Shown here: in pieces, positions 54,410 through 64,000 of the stretch
How positions within the stretch are numbered: position 1 is the stretch's first letter
How the letters are laid out: each line of letters begins with the position of its first letter
Source of the DNA: an uncultured Clostridia bacterium
GTDB lineage: Bacteria > Bacillota > Clostridia > Oscillospirales > Acutalibacteraceae
DNA: 64,000 nucleotides
Direction of reading: 5' to 3'
NCBI GenBank assembly: GCA_945863885.1
Contig: CAMAZY010000014.1
Location: 500 to 64,499, forward strand
Program-made: the position numbers and the translations under genes
The notes under the pieces: model-generated
Told to the model about the DNA's origin: nothing
What the model saw: the letters and a program-made list of their open reading frames with translations, nothing else
Database searches by the model: none

Positions 54410-54835
54410 TATGATTACCTCCCTGAGCTTTCGGAAAACACAAAACCGAAGCCCGTTTATATTTTGACAAACGGTAAATCCGCCTGCTTTTTTTCAGTCA
54501 CTTATAGATACGCTTCGTAAACTAACGGTAACTTGTATCATTTTACCATAATATCAACAAAAAATCAAACTGATTTATCACTAATTTTGTGCATTGTTTT
54601 TTGTTCATGCTGTACAGTTCAGACGGTTAAAACAGAAAACCTGTAACCTCAACTATTATCTTTTATCTGTTATCTATTCATTAAGCTGTCTTCCGGCTCG
54701 GGCAGTCAAGTGAAAGAATAGTTCAAACCACCTCGACCGGTGGCATCGAACTACGATCCCGGGATCTCCGTTTCAACACAACAAAATCACAGCCCGGAAA
54801 ATTTCTTCCGAGCTGTATGCTGTTCGATATTTGTT

Positions 54836-57589
54836 TTACTCGGTGCGAAGTGCTTCGACCGGGTCTTTTTTCGCCGCCATTCTCGACGGTACCAAACCGG
54901 CAATAAACGTCAGGAATACGCTGATTGCAACAAGGATTACACCGTCAATAAACGGTAATACGGCACCGACGGTCGTACCTGTCAGATGGTTGAGTATCAG
55001 ATTTATCGGGATTTCTATCAGTATCGTCATCAGAATACCGACCAGTCCCGCACTGAAGCCGATGATGACCGTTTCGGCGTTGAACACGTTGGAAACGTCC
55101 ATCTTCGACGCACCGATACTTCGTAAGATACCGATTTCCTTTGTTCTCTCGATAACCGAAACGTAGGTGATGATTCCGATCATGATCGACGAAACAACAA
55201 GGGAAATGGCAACGAAGATAATCAGCGTATAGGAAACGATGTTGATCGCCTGCGTGGCAAGGTTCATCGCAATACCGATGTAGTCGGTCGGCCGGATCGT
55301 ATATTCGGAATGACCGTCCTCAGTCACCTTGTTGTTGTAGTAGTCGATCATTTCGTTCAGCTCGGCTTTGGTTTCGAAATCCTTCGGATAAAGGGAAATG
55401 GAGGTCGGGCTGTTTTCATCGCAGTAGCCTAAGGTTTCATAGGTCTTATCAAGGGAGCATTCGGCGTTTATCGTATCGATATAGGCCTGCTTGAGAGCGA
55501 GAACCTGTTCGTCGGAAAGATAGCCTTCCATCAGCTTCTTTTGCAGATCAGACATATCGCCGAAATTGAACAGCGAGGACATATCCATGATGTCGACCTG
55601 AGAAAGATCGATGTTTTCCGCCATGCTCATGAACGGCGAGATATCAAGATAATCCATGTTGATGTCGTTGAGATCAATATCAACAAGATCGAAGTCGTTC
55701 ACCGTCTTATCGAAGAATTGCTTGCCGGTAATGACGTCCTTTTTGGGGTTGCCGAGCTGTTCTTTGACAACGGTTGCTTCTTTTGTCCTGCTCATGACGT
55801 AGTCCATCAGCTCGGGTGTATAGCCGATGCTGCCGGCGGCAAGGGAAAGTACGTTGTCCTTTGACGGACGGATGATGCCGACGATGCTGATGTCAAGTCC
55901 TTTTGCAACAAGGTCTTTTACATAAAGGTCGTTATCTCTCATGTCTTTCCAAAGACCTGTTTTTTCGTCCTTGACCATATAGTCGGGGCTTAAAACAAGC
56001 TTGAACTTCATATTGAGAATATCATCGTAGGTGTATTTTTCTGCTTCCGCCTCTTCGAGCTGCTCGCCTTTTGTAATGGCGCTGATAAGATTGGAGGTAA
56101 ACTGTTTCTGATCCTTGAGGCCCAAAGCGTAAGCCACAAGCTCGTTGATTTCGTTGTTGCCGTCGACAACAAGAACAACCTCGTTATAGGCGGACGGAAG
56201 CTTTCCGTAAACGATGTCATAATGCTCGCTGATGCTTTCGTTGTCGCCGACAAGCTGTTTCCAAAGATTGGCGTAGCTGTCAAGATCGACAAAGCCGCTT
56301 ACCATATCCATACTCGCTCCGCCGCCCGATGAAGCGAACGTATCCATAAGCGTGCTCGGATTAACCTGAACAACACCTTGTGAGGTGTCGGCCTTATATA
56401 TGTTGAGCGGTGTGGAATAATTGATCTGAACATCGTTGCAAAGAGAATTGAATTTTTCCTGATTGTCATCGATGTATTTTTTGAAGCTTTTAAGATTGTT
56501 CGCCGACGACTGGGCGATAAACGCATTGACCATGGTGTCAAAGGACTTGTTGACATAAATCTGATCAAGTTCGTGGTCAACCCCGTTGAGCGGACTTAAG
56601 CCCAAAGCGGTATTCATCAGACTGTCGGTGTCCATAGCCTCTTTTTCGACCGACATCGGGTAAAGCAGCAGCGCATCGCTTTCTACTTTGGCGATATATC
56701 GGTTAATACCGGTCTGTAACGCAAGAACAAGTGCAATACCGATGATGCCGATTGAGCCGGCAAAGGCGGTAAGCAGCGTTCGCCCTCGCTTCGTGAAGAG
56801 ATTCCGAAGACTCAGCGAGAAAGCTGTCCGCATGGACATGGACGGTTTTTTGCCCTTTGCTTTTTCTTCTTCGGCTTTTTTCTTTTCGTTTTCAAAATCA
56901 GCCGCTTCCGGCTTAAACGGATTCGAGTCGTCAATGATCCGGCCGTCGAAGCATTTGATGATCCGGTTGGCGTACTGATACGCAAGATCGGGGTTGTGTG
57001 TTACCATGATAATCAGCTTATCCTTGGCGATCTCTTTTAAAAGCTCCATGATCTGGACGCTTGTTTCGCTGTCAAGAGCGCCGGTCGGCTCATCGGCAAG
57101 AATGATATCGGGGTTGTTGATGAGAGCACGGGCGATGGAAACACGCTGCATCTGTCCGCCGGACATCTGGCTCGGACGTTTGTTGATGTGATTTTCGAGT
57201 CCGACCTTTTTCAGCGCTTCGATGGCTCTTTCCCGTCTTTCCTTCTTGGAAACGCCGGACAGGGTAAGGGCGAGCTCAACGTTGGCAAGTACCGTCTGAT
57301 GCGGAATCAGGTTATAGCTTTGGAAAACAAAACCGATGGAATGGTTACGGTATGTATCCCAATCGTTGTCGGTAAAGGTCTTGGTTGACTTTCCGTTTAT
57401 GATAAGGTCGCCGCTTGTGTAGCGGTCAAGGCCGCCGATGATGTTGAGCATTGTTGTTTTTCCGCAGCCGGACGGACCGAGAATGGCAACGAACTCATTT
57501 TCTCTGAAATTGACGCTGATGTTTTTCATGGCACGGACGGTTGTGTCGCCCGTAACGTAGTCTTTGATTATATTTTTTAATACCAGCAT
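54836..57589 (-). CDS. Fused MacB-type ABC transporter (ATPase plus FtsX-like permease with an extracytoplasmic domain of about 480 aa)
   Basis: Walker [10 protein letters not shown], signature MSGGQMQRV and Walker B IILADEPT. Then TM1, a long loop, and three C-terminal TM helices ending [10 protein letters not shown]. Confidence 0.88.
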   Translation of the reverse strand: MLVLKNIIKDYVTGDTTVRAMKNISVNFRENEFVAILGPSGCGKTTMLNIIGGLDRYTSGDLIINGKSTKTFTDNDWDTYRNHSIGFVFQSYNLIPHQTVLANVELALTLSGVSKKERRERAIEALKKVGLENHINKRPSQMSGGQMQRVSIARALINNPDIILADEPTGALDSETSVQIMELLKEIAKDKLIIMVTHNPDLAYQYANRIIKCFDGRIIDDSNPFKPEAADFENEKKKAEEEKAKGKKPSMSMRTAFSLSLRNLFTKRGRTLLTAFAGSIGIIGIALVLALQTGINRYIAKVESDALLLYPMSVEKEAMDTDSLMNTALGLSPLNGVDHELDQIYVNKSFDTMVNAFIAQSSANNLKSFKKYIDDNQEKFNSLCNDVQINYSTPLNIYKADTSQGVVQVNPSTLMDTFASSGGGASMDMVSGFVDLDSYANLWKQLVGDNESISEHYDIVYGKLPSAYNEVVLVVDGNNEINELVAYALGLKDQKQFTSNLISAITKGEQLEEAEAEKYTYDDILNMKFKLVLSPDYMVKDEKTGLWKDMRDNDLYVKDLVAKGLDISIVGIIRPSKDNVLSLAAGSIGYTPELMDYVMSRTKEATVVKEQLGNPKKDVITGKQFFDKTVNDFDLVDIDLNDINMDYLDISPFMSMAENIDLSQVDIMDMSSLFNFGDMSDLQKKLMEGYLSDEQVLALKQAYIDTINAECSLDKTYETLGYCDENSPTSISLYPKDFETKAELNEMIDYYNNKVTEDGHSEYTIRPTDYIGIAMNLATQAINIVSYTLIIFVAISLVVSSIMIGIITYVSVIERTKEIGILRSIGASKMDVSNVFNAETVIIGFSAGLVGILMTILIEIPINLILNHLTGTTVGAVLPFIDGVILVAISVFLTFIAGLVPSRMAAKKDPVEALRTE

Positions 57590-60457
57590 TTACTGCACCT
57601 CCTCGTTTGACTGTGTGTTGTCGTCTGTTTGCGGGATGTTCTGCGGTCTGAAGTTCTCGCCGGCTGTGGCTGACTGCGGAGAGAACATACGTCCTTCGCT
57701 CAAAGCAGATACGCCATCCGTTCCTTGTCCTGCCGCCTGCTGCGCTTTCAGCTTTTCCTGTTCTTCAAGATAACGTCTTCGGATTTCAAGCCTGTACTGT
57801 TCTATTTCGGCTTCGTGCTTTTTCTTCAGCTTCTGTTGCCGTCTTTCTTCAAGACGGTCAAAAATGACCTCTCTTTTGATGATGCAGACGACTGCCGCCG
57901 CTAAAAGCAAAACAACCAGAATGCCGAAAATCACCTTGCCGACCGCACTCTTTTTCGATTCGACATAAATGATAGTCGGGGTATAATCTTCGTTTCCGAC
58001 GGTGTTGGAAACCGCTCTGTCACGGAAGAACAGTTTGTAAAGCCATTCGATGGTTTCGTCTACTGTCATTTTTTCCATTTCGGAGCCGATGTTCGACGAA
58101 TAGGTTTCAAACATATTGTTGCCGCCGCCTTCGGACGAATTGCCCGCCATCATGCCGGTCAGAAAATCGGCATTTTCCGGATCTTTCATTCCGGTTACAA
58201 AATAGCGAAGCAGTGTCACCATGACTGCCGGCTGGTCAGCTTTTACATAATAAGCGTCTACCGGATTTCCCTGATAGGTCCGCTTGCTTGCAATTGTTTC
58301 AAGCTGACCTAAGGGGCCGAGTTTTTTCAGATCCGGTGCCGGAAGCTTCATGCTGTCTTTCATCATGTCGGGAATCATCGAGGAAACTTCGGAAAGAATA
58401 TCAAGATTCTGAAGCTTATCAAGTCCGAGCTGATCGGTGCTGACAGAAAGCTTGTTTAAAAGATCCGTTACGGGAACAAGAAGATTATTGATACACTGCG
58501 TCAAAGAGCCGTCGGACAGAAAACAGATCATATTCGGCAAAATCTCAGTCAGTGTATAAATCGGCTTTTCGGCGATTTTATTCATCAGAGCCACAATCGG
58601 AGCGACAATGTTTTTGACGCAGGCGTTTTCGCTTTCGTCCGCTTTGAATTCGGCGTAGGTTTTGATGGATTCCGACGGACAGCCGAACGCTTCAAGCATC
58701 GGAATCACGGCGGTGTTGTAGCCGCTCGTTCCGCAAAAGCTGATAGCGCCGAGCAGTTCGATTTTTCCGCCCCGTAAAAGCATATTGAGCATCGGCTCAA
58801 GCGGACTTAACGCCGCTGTCAGCGCCTTTTCAAAGCCTTTGCTGTCGCCGGCGGCAAAGCCCCAGTTGATTTCGGCTTTCCCTGCCTTTTCCCATGAACT
58901 GTATTGAGAAAGAACGGCTTTCGCCCGATAATATTCCGAGCCGAGCGAAGAAGCAAAGGCTGCGGGGGACGAGGGAAGCGAAAGAAGCTTTGCGGCGTCT
59001 TTCATTTCGTCCGAAGAAAGCTGACCGTAAAGCATACTGACAAGTGCCGTAACGGTGCCTGACGAGAAAAGAGACACTTTTACCGCCTGAGAAATGCTTT
59101 TATATTCTCCGCTTTCAGCGATGAATTCGCTCATGGTTTTGTCGATTCCGTCGACGACCTTCTGAAAGTTATCTTTGGTAAGATTCGGCGTATAGGTGAC
59201 GCTTCCGGGTGTAAATGCGGGCGCCGCCCACTGATATTCCGTGTCGGTGCCCTCCTGTTTCGTCAGAAGCTCAACCAAAAGGGCCAAAATCTCGTCTGTA
59301 TTTTTATTGAAAAGAGAGTCGATAACCGGCTTCATCTGCTCGGCTTCTTCACCGCCGAACTCAGACAGGAGACTGTCCTTATTCATTTTTGCCGTTTCCA
59401 AAAGCCACGAGAAAAGAACGACATACGCTTCCCCTTTGTTGGCGACGACCTTGCCGTTTTGTACTGTTCCGCATGAGGCTAACAGCTCGGTGTCCAGCTC
59501 GGCAAGCTTCATATCCCCAGAGGAGGTGAAGGACGAAAGCAAAGAAGAAAAGCCGCTTTCTCCGTCCGCTGTGCCTTCGCCGCTTCCGCCCATAAGAGAA
59601 GAAAGGGAAGATCCGGAAAACAGGGTGATGTAGCCGCCGATTCCGACTTTAAGCGGATTGATGAGTGCGTTCATACAGTCGTCCATTCCGCCGTTGTTCA
59701 TAAAGTAAGCGATGTTCGGTCCGATTTCACAAAGTGTTTTTGCCGGCGCGTCAAGCACTCTGTCGAGAAGGGAAAAGACCGAATCGACGATGTTTTTTAT
59801 CATTGTACTCCGGTCGGCATCGGCATCGGCTTTGAACTGGCTGTTCGATGTTATTTCGGTACAGCCGAGTGCGTCAAGCATGGGCACGATCCCGTTCTGA
59901 TAACCGTCATCGCCTTTGACGGTTATAAAGCCGCGTCGATAAGTGCCTGAGCACATGATGACGTAAATCAGCTCATCAAGCGGTGTAAACATGGAGGCAA
60001 GGGCATTTTTGAAGCCCGTTTTATCGCTGACGTTCCATGCCGCACCGTCAAGATTGACACTGTTCCAATCGCTTGCCGAGGAAAGAGCCTGCGATACCGA
60101 CGGATAGGCCGTAAGAGCGGACGCAACATTTTTTGTTGAAACGTCGACACCGAGAACCGAAAGTGCATTTTCCTGCTCCCCGAAAGAGGAGTAAATACCG
60201 ACAAGAATCGACGAAAGCGTTTCGTCCGAATACAGCATCGGCATGACGAGTTTATCCAGTGTGGTGTTTTGGAATTGCTTGAGCACATTTTTGATAAGAA
60301 TATCGGTCTTGTCAATGCTTTGCTCTGCTGTCTGTTCGGTCACGCCCTGTGGGTATGTGACGCCGGCCGCAAGCGACGGTAAGGCGGCTAACCAGATAAT
60401 ACTCAGACAAAGCAGAAAACTGACCGCTTTTTTAAATACCGTTTTCAGAATGATCAC
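57590..60457 (-). CDS. 955-aa surface protein: signal peptide, internally duplicated ectodomain, C-terminal TM anchor and a charged cytoplasmic tail
   Basis: Signal peptide ...WLAALPSLAAG. Repeats at about residues 70-270 and 460-665. TM helix VIFGILVVLLLAAAVVCII (residues 842-860). Tail EERRQQKLKKKHEAEIEQYRLEIRRRYLEEQEKLKAQQ. The TAA stop abuts the ABC gene ATG. Confidence 0.7.
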   Translation of the reverse strand: MIILKTVFKKAVSFLLCLSIIWLAALPSLAAGVTYPQGVTEQTAEQSIDKTDILIKNVLKQFQNTTLDKLVMPMLYSDETLSSILVGIYSSFGEQENALSVLGVDVSTKNVASALTAYPSVSQALSSASDWNSVNLDGAAWNVSDKTGFKNALASMFTPLDELIYVIMCSGTYRRGFITVKGDDGYQNGIVPMLDALGCTEITSNSQFKADADADRSTMIKNIVDSVFSLLDRVLDAPAKTLCEIGPNIAYFMNNGGMDDCMNALINPLKVGIGGYITLFSGSSLSSLMGGSGEGTADGESGFSSLLSSFTSSGDMKLAELDTELLASCGTVQNGKVVANKGEAYVVLFSWLLETAKMNKDSLLSEFGGEEAEQMKPVIDSLFNKNTDEILALLVELLTKQEGTDTEYQWAAPAFTPGSVTYTPNLTKDNFQKVVDGIDKTMSEFIAESGEYKSISQAVKVSLFSSGTVTALVSMLYGQLSSDEMKDAAKLLSLPSSPAAFASSLGSEYYRAKAVLSQYSSWEKAGKAEINWGFAAGDSKGFEKALTAALSPLEPMLNMLLRGGKIELLGAISFCGTSGYNTAVIPMLEAFGCPSESIKTYAEFKADESENACVKNIVAPIVALMNKIAEKPIYTLTEILPNMICFLSDGSLTQCINNLLVPVTDLLNKLSVSTDQLGLDKLQNLDILSEVSSMIPDMMKDSMKLPAPDLKKLGPLGQLETIASKRTYQGNPVDAYYVKADQPAVMVTLLRYFVTGMKDPENADFLTGMMAGNSSEGGGNNMFETYSSNIGSEMEKMTVDETIEWLYKLFFRDRAVSNTVGNEDYTPTIIYVESKKSAVGKVIFGILVVLLLAAAVVCIIKREVIFDRLEERRQQKLKKKHEAEIEQYRLEIRRRYLEEQEKLKAQQAAGQGTDGVSALSEGRMFSPQSATAGENFRPQNIPQTDDNTQSNEEVQ

Positions 60458-60980
60458 CCCTTATTGGTTCGTCTGTGTCAGCCGGGTTTTCCGGCTTGGT
60501 CTCATTGTTTGTGTCCGGCTTCTCGGATTGATTATCGGCATCGTTCTCTTGCGTTTCGGAAAGTTTTTCATCGAAGCCGGTACACTTTTTTAAGATACGC
60601 AAAAACTCTCTTGCATCGTCTTCTCCTAATTTTTCAAGCAGTGCCTGTGCTCGTTTGCTCACGGCTTCGCTTATGGACTCAACAAACTGTTTTCCCGCTG
60701 CTGTGATCGTTACCGTGACCCGCCGCTTATCTTTTTCGTCGCAAACCCTTTCAACAAGCTTCTTGATTTCCAAAGAGCGGAGCATGGCGGCAATTCTTGC
60801 CGCGGAAACGCCCAAGTCTTCGGCGAGGGCACCGGGCGTGCTTTTTCCGCCTGACGCAATCAACTGAAGCAACAGCGCATTTTCACCCTTGAGGTTGATT
60901 TGCAGGAAATTCAGTGCGTTTTCTCTTGCTGCAAACGCAATTGTTTTCAGGGTTTCCTCAAGGATTTCCTCTTTCATCAT
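60432..60980 (-). CDS. MarR-family transcriptional regulator with an acidic C-terminal tail
   Basis: Start at ATG 60980, 8 nt after GGAGG. Winged helix PGALAEDLGVSAARIAAMLRSLEIKKLVERVCDEKDKRRV. The last approx. 45 aa are Asp/Glu/Asn-rich and overlap the next gene by 26 nt. Confidence 0.82.
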   Translation of the reverse strand: MMKEEILEETLKTIAFAARENALNFLQINLKGENALLLQLIASGGKSTPGALAEDLGVSAARIAAMLRSLEIKKLVERVCDEKDKRRVTVTITAAGKQFVESISEAVSKRAQALLEKLGEDDAREFLRILKKCTGFDEKLSETQENDADNQSEKPDTNNETKPENPADTDEPIRGDHSENGI

Positions 60981-61080
60981 TATTGCCGCCTCCTTTAAAA
61001 AATATTTAACGGTGTTAAACAAGTCGTTAACATTGTTAAGTACTATAGCACACACCCTATTAAAAATCAATAAAATAAAA

Positions 61081-61129
61081 ATTAAAAATAATAAAACTGC
61101 ACAAATTCTCGGCTTGGTATTTGTGCAGT
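61081..61129 (-). terminator. Terminator or attenuator hairpin between repeat copy 2 and marR
   Basis: actgcacaaat (61096-61106) / atttgtgcagt (61119-61129), followed on the - strand by ttttattattttt. Confidence 0.55.
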
Positions 61130-61138
61130 TTAATGAAA

Positions 61139-61416
61139 CAACAGATGTTGAATTGAAGATATTAGATTTTAGATGTTAGATATTAGAAGCGGTCGCGTTG
61201 GTACACGGTACTAAAGAAAACCCTCTGCCCGCAGAATCGGCTTTTGCGTGACGGAAAATCCGTAGATTATAAGCGGAGGGAAGCCGGGCGATCTTGGGCG
61301 AGTCGCAGCCACAGGCGGGACGGCGGCCGACAAAACCCTTTTTTGGGGTTTTGTTTTTGCCGCTGCCTGCGGCAGCGGCAAACGTGCGGCTTCGCCGCAC
61401 CCGGCCGCCTTGCCGG
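61139..61416 (+). repeat. Modular intergenic element, copy 2 (longer variant)
   Basis: Seven heptads (CAGA...TGAA, AAGA, then TAGA x4), then the same conserved blocks as copy 1. Carries an extra segment of about 80 nt with two hairpins (61331-61358 and 61359-61379). Confidence 0.7.
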
Positions 61417-61507
61417 AAATCCGCCTCTTCACACAATACCAAAAAAGGCAGATGACAGCTTCACGCTAATCATTATATTATATATATGCACGACCCGTGC
61501 CGGATTT

Positions 61508-62359
61508 TCAAAGCTCCCGCTTGAAGGCAAGACCGATGAAACCATCTGAACAGTATGTCGCCATACAACAGCCGGCTTCGGTCACCGTCACATCTTTTGC
61601 GCAGGAGACCTCTTTCACATAAGCGCAAAGCTCGTCGGCTTGCTTTTGCCTAAACCCGCAGACCGATAAAATCACACATTCGCTTCCGCCGTTTCCGATA
61701 TTTTCAAGCTTCCGGCCGAGAAATTTTTTCCGGGCACTGTCCGGGGTTCCCTTGTGCTTTTCCCCGACCGCCAAGGCACCGTCCGTAATATCGACGGACG
61801 GATAAAAGCCGAAAAGGTCTGAACCGGTTTTTTCGAGCGCCGTGCAGATTCCGCTTTTGTAAAGAAGCCGGGCGTCGCCGGCGAGGAAGCTTGTTTCGAT
61901 CTGTGCCTTGAGCGCCTCAACACCCGAAACGATTTCATCGGCGCTTTTTTCCTCGAGCCGCATTCTCGACGCTTCGAGGCATAAGAGCATAAGACCCGCC
62001 GAAACGGTCTGAGAGTCGACAACATGAACCGTTTCAAAAGCGTTTGCGGCGAAACAGGCGTTTTCGTAACACGGAAAAAGCTTTCCGGACGGGCATAGGT
62101 GAATCACGTCGTAGCCCTTTTCGACAAGAGAAGAGAAAACAAGCTTGTATTCCTGTGCGGATACCGCTGTGGCTTTCGGTATGCTTTTTGTCTCTTCGTA
62201 TTTTTCAAGCATCCGGCCCGGTGTGACGTCGATCCTGTCCTTGAACTGACTTTCCGCAATAAGAATATTCATCGGAATGACGTGAAGGTCATATTCTTTG
62301 GCAAGCGGTTTGCTGATGTCGGCGGCGCTGTCGGTGGTAATGGCAATTTTTCTTTTCAT
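61508..62359 (-). CDS. DegV-family fatty-acid-binding protein
   Basis: Start at ATG 62359 (MKRKIAITTDSAADI, the typical DegV N-terminus). Confidence 0.85.
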   Translation of the reverse strand: MKRKIAITTDSAADISKPLAKEYDLHVIPMNILIAESQFKDRIDVTPGRMLEKYEETKSIPKATAVSAQEYKLVFSSLVEKGYDVIHLCPSGKLFPCYENACFAANAFETVHVVDSQTVSAGLMLLCLEASRMRLEEKSADEIVSGVEALKAQIETSFLAGDARLLYKSGICTALEKTGSDLFGFYPSVDITDGALAVGEKHKGTPDSARKKFLGRKLENIGNGGSECVILSVCGFRQKQADELCAYVKEVSCAKDVTVTEAGCCMATYCSDGFIGLAFKREL

Positions 62360-62681
62360 AGCTGTAAGCGGCAGTCCCTGCGGCAAAGGCAACCTCTGAA
62401 AACCTCCCGGCACTCGTCACAGCACCCGACTAATACCGTCTTTGTTGTTAAAAATCCGGCATCATTTGTGCACTGTGCCGGGTACCGTCAGGCTTTCAGA
62501 GATTGTCAAAAATCGGACTGCCTTTCCTTTCTTCAAAATTAAATAGACATATCTTGTGTGATTGTTCTCTTTCATTTTATATTTTGTCCGAAAAATTGTA
62601 AAACTTTCATAAAACTATTGAAAATTCAGGAAAGAAATAGTAATATAATACTGTAATCTGATACAGAAAGGATTGATAGCA

Positions 62682-63887
62682 ATGTGGCAATTAAAGAAGG
62701 CATATTACAGAGCCTTTCAGAAAGTAATGAAAATTGCGATGTATGCTTTTGACTGGTCCGAGCCTCTTTTACTCGAAGGCCCCGGCGCCATCAAAAAACT
62801 TCCCGACCTCATCAAGTCAAAAGGACTCAAGAACGTTCTCATCGTAACCGATAAAGGCCTTATGAGCCTTCATATCCTTGACAGCCTTTTTGCAAAGCTT
62901 GAGGAAACGGGCATCGAATACGTCGTTTACGACGGCACACAGCCGAACCCGACGATCGACAATATCGAAGACGCACGTCAGCTCTACCTTGACAATAACT
63001 GTGAGGGTGTTATCGCTTTCGGCGGCGGCTCCCCGATGGACTGCGCAAAAGCTACCGCAGCAAGAGTCACCAACCCGAAGCTTCCCGTCAGAAAGATGAG
63101 AGGTGTTCTGAAGCTTCATCATAAGCTTCCGCCGCTCTTCGCCGTTCCGACGACAGCCGGCACCGGCTCGGAAACCACTCTTGCCGCCGTTGTTACCGAC
63201 CCGACGACGCACGAAAAGAACGCCATCAACGACCCGAGACTTCGTCCGAAGTATGCCGTTCTTGACCCTGAGCTTACGATCGGACTTCCGCCTCACATTA
63301 CTTCAACAACGGGCATGGACGCTTTGACCCATGCAGTTGAGGCGTATATCGGAAGAAGCAACGTCAAGTCAACCGAGCACTACGCTGAGCTTGCGACAAG
63401 ACTCATTTACGCAAACATTGAAGAAGTATACAATAACGGCAAGAATATCGAAGCAAGAAATGCGATGCTGAAGGCTTCCTATTACGCCGGAATGGCTTTC
63501 ACAAGAGCCTATGTCGGTTATGTTCACGCCATCGCCCATAACCTCGGCGGCTTCTACGGCGTACCGCACGGTCTTGCAAACGCCATTATACTTCCCTACG
63601 TTCTCGAATATTACGGCGAAACGGCACACGCAAGACTTGCCAAGCTTGCGGTTATTTCCGGCGTAAAGACCGACGGAACCGATGCCGAAAAGGCGGAAGC
63701 CTTTATTGAGTCGATCAAGCAGCTCAACCGCAATATGAACATCCCTGACAAGTTTGATATGATAAAGGAAGAGGATATTCCGACGATCGTCAAACGTGCT
63801 CTGAAGGAGGGCAACCCGCTTTATCCCGTACCGAAGATTATGGACGAGGCGGACTGCGAGGCTGTTATCAGAAGAATGATGAAATAA
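62682..63887 (+). CDS. Iron-containing alcohol dehydrogenase
   Basis: GGGSPMDCAK and the His cluster HAIAHNLGG...HG. ATG 62682 lies 9 nt after GAAAGGA. Confidence 0.88.
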   Translation: MWQLKKAYYRAFQKVMKIAMYAFDWSEPLLLEGPGAIKKLPDLIKSKGLKNVLIVTDKGLMSLHILDSLFAKLEETGIEYVVYDGTQPNPTIDNIEDARQLYLDNNCEGVIAFGGGSPMDCAKATAARVTNPKLPVRKMRGVLKLHHKLPPLFAVPTTAGTGSETTLAAVVTDPTTHEKNAINDPRLRPKYAVLDPELTIGLPPHITSTTGMDALTHAVEAYIGRSNVKSTEHYAELATRLIYANIEEVYNNGKNIEARNAMLKASYYAGMAFTRAYVGYVHAIAHNLGGFYGVPHGLANAIILPYVLEYYGETAHARLAKLAVISGVKTDGTDAEKAEAFIESIKQLNRNMNIPDKFDMIKEEDIPTIVKRALKEGNPLYPVPKIMDEADCEAVIRRMMK

Positions 63888-63920
63888 TTCTGCAATATGC
63901 CTTAAAACCAAAAATTCTGA

Positions 63921-63955
63921 AAACAGGTTTTCATTTCCGAAAGCCTGTTTTTTTA
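63921..63955 (+). terminator. adh terminator
   Basis: aaacaggttttc / gaaagcctgttt (one G-U pair), followed by tttttt. Confidence 0.75.
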
Positions 63956-64000
63956 TGAATAAAGACGGATTTTATTGCATTTGCCCGAATTTTGTTTACA

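Noticed and set aside
52721-54520. 599-aa ORF on the + strand
   Set aside because: It is entirely antisense to the EF-G paralog, which has clear GTPase motifs. It has no SD, and its product is low-complexity and Arg/Val/Leu/Gly-rich, typical of a shadow frame opposite a highly biased gene.
54700-54780. tRNA-like fragment (ggatcgtagttcgatgccacc on the - strand)
   Set aside because: I could not draw a cloverleaf. There is no acceptor stem or anticodon arm, and the T-loop match is only partial.

Overview
64-kb chromosomal window that looks like a strictly anaerobic Firmicute. A Clostridia, Oscillospiraceae/Ruminococcaceae-like assignment is inference only, based on gene content, GGAGG Shine-Dalgarno use and about 50% GC judged by eye. 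About 58 protein-coding genes can be supported. I saw no rRNA, tRNA, CRISPR array, transposase or prophage genes, though this was by eye without a covariance search. Content from left to right: argH, ddl and a murF-like gene; alkaline phosphatase, rubrerythrin and gdhA; a small AT-rich islet with a RelB/ParE toxin-antitoxin pair; a two-subunit Fe-S fumarase with a permease; a nine-gene hdrBCA-mvhD-flxCBA plus frdBA-like operon; a nicotinamidase-like gene; a cell-wall glycopolymer locus (three GT2 genes, a TagF-like gene, anSME and a membrane sulfatase); nagB; several phosphoesterases; Sir2; galM; HAD, glycerate kinase and mmsA; an ECF-type sigma/anti-sigma operon; serA; an EF-G paralog; a MarR, 955-aa surface protein and MacB-type ABC operon; DegV; and an Fe-ADH. 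Many ORF-track entries are antisense shadows or carry spurious 5' extensions, so I re-set starts where an SD-spaced internal start was visible. The points most worth a second look are listed here. (1) The Flx/Hdr bifurcation module is joined in one operon to a soluble FrdAB-like pair, next to fumarase and a C4-type permease. (2) The MarR, duplicated-domain surface protein and fused MacB-type ABC operon. (3) A modular intergenic element is present in two full copies and one partial copy, each full copy headed by 7-nt-periodic YAGA arrays. (4) Three Phe-rich amphipathic small proteins, two of them below the ORF-track cutoff, have near-consensus promoters. (5) ddl carries a Gly/Ala/Lys-rich omega-loop insertion, and the murF-like ligase has a membrane N-terminus. 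All functional calls come from motif recognition by eye. No database search was run.
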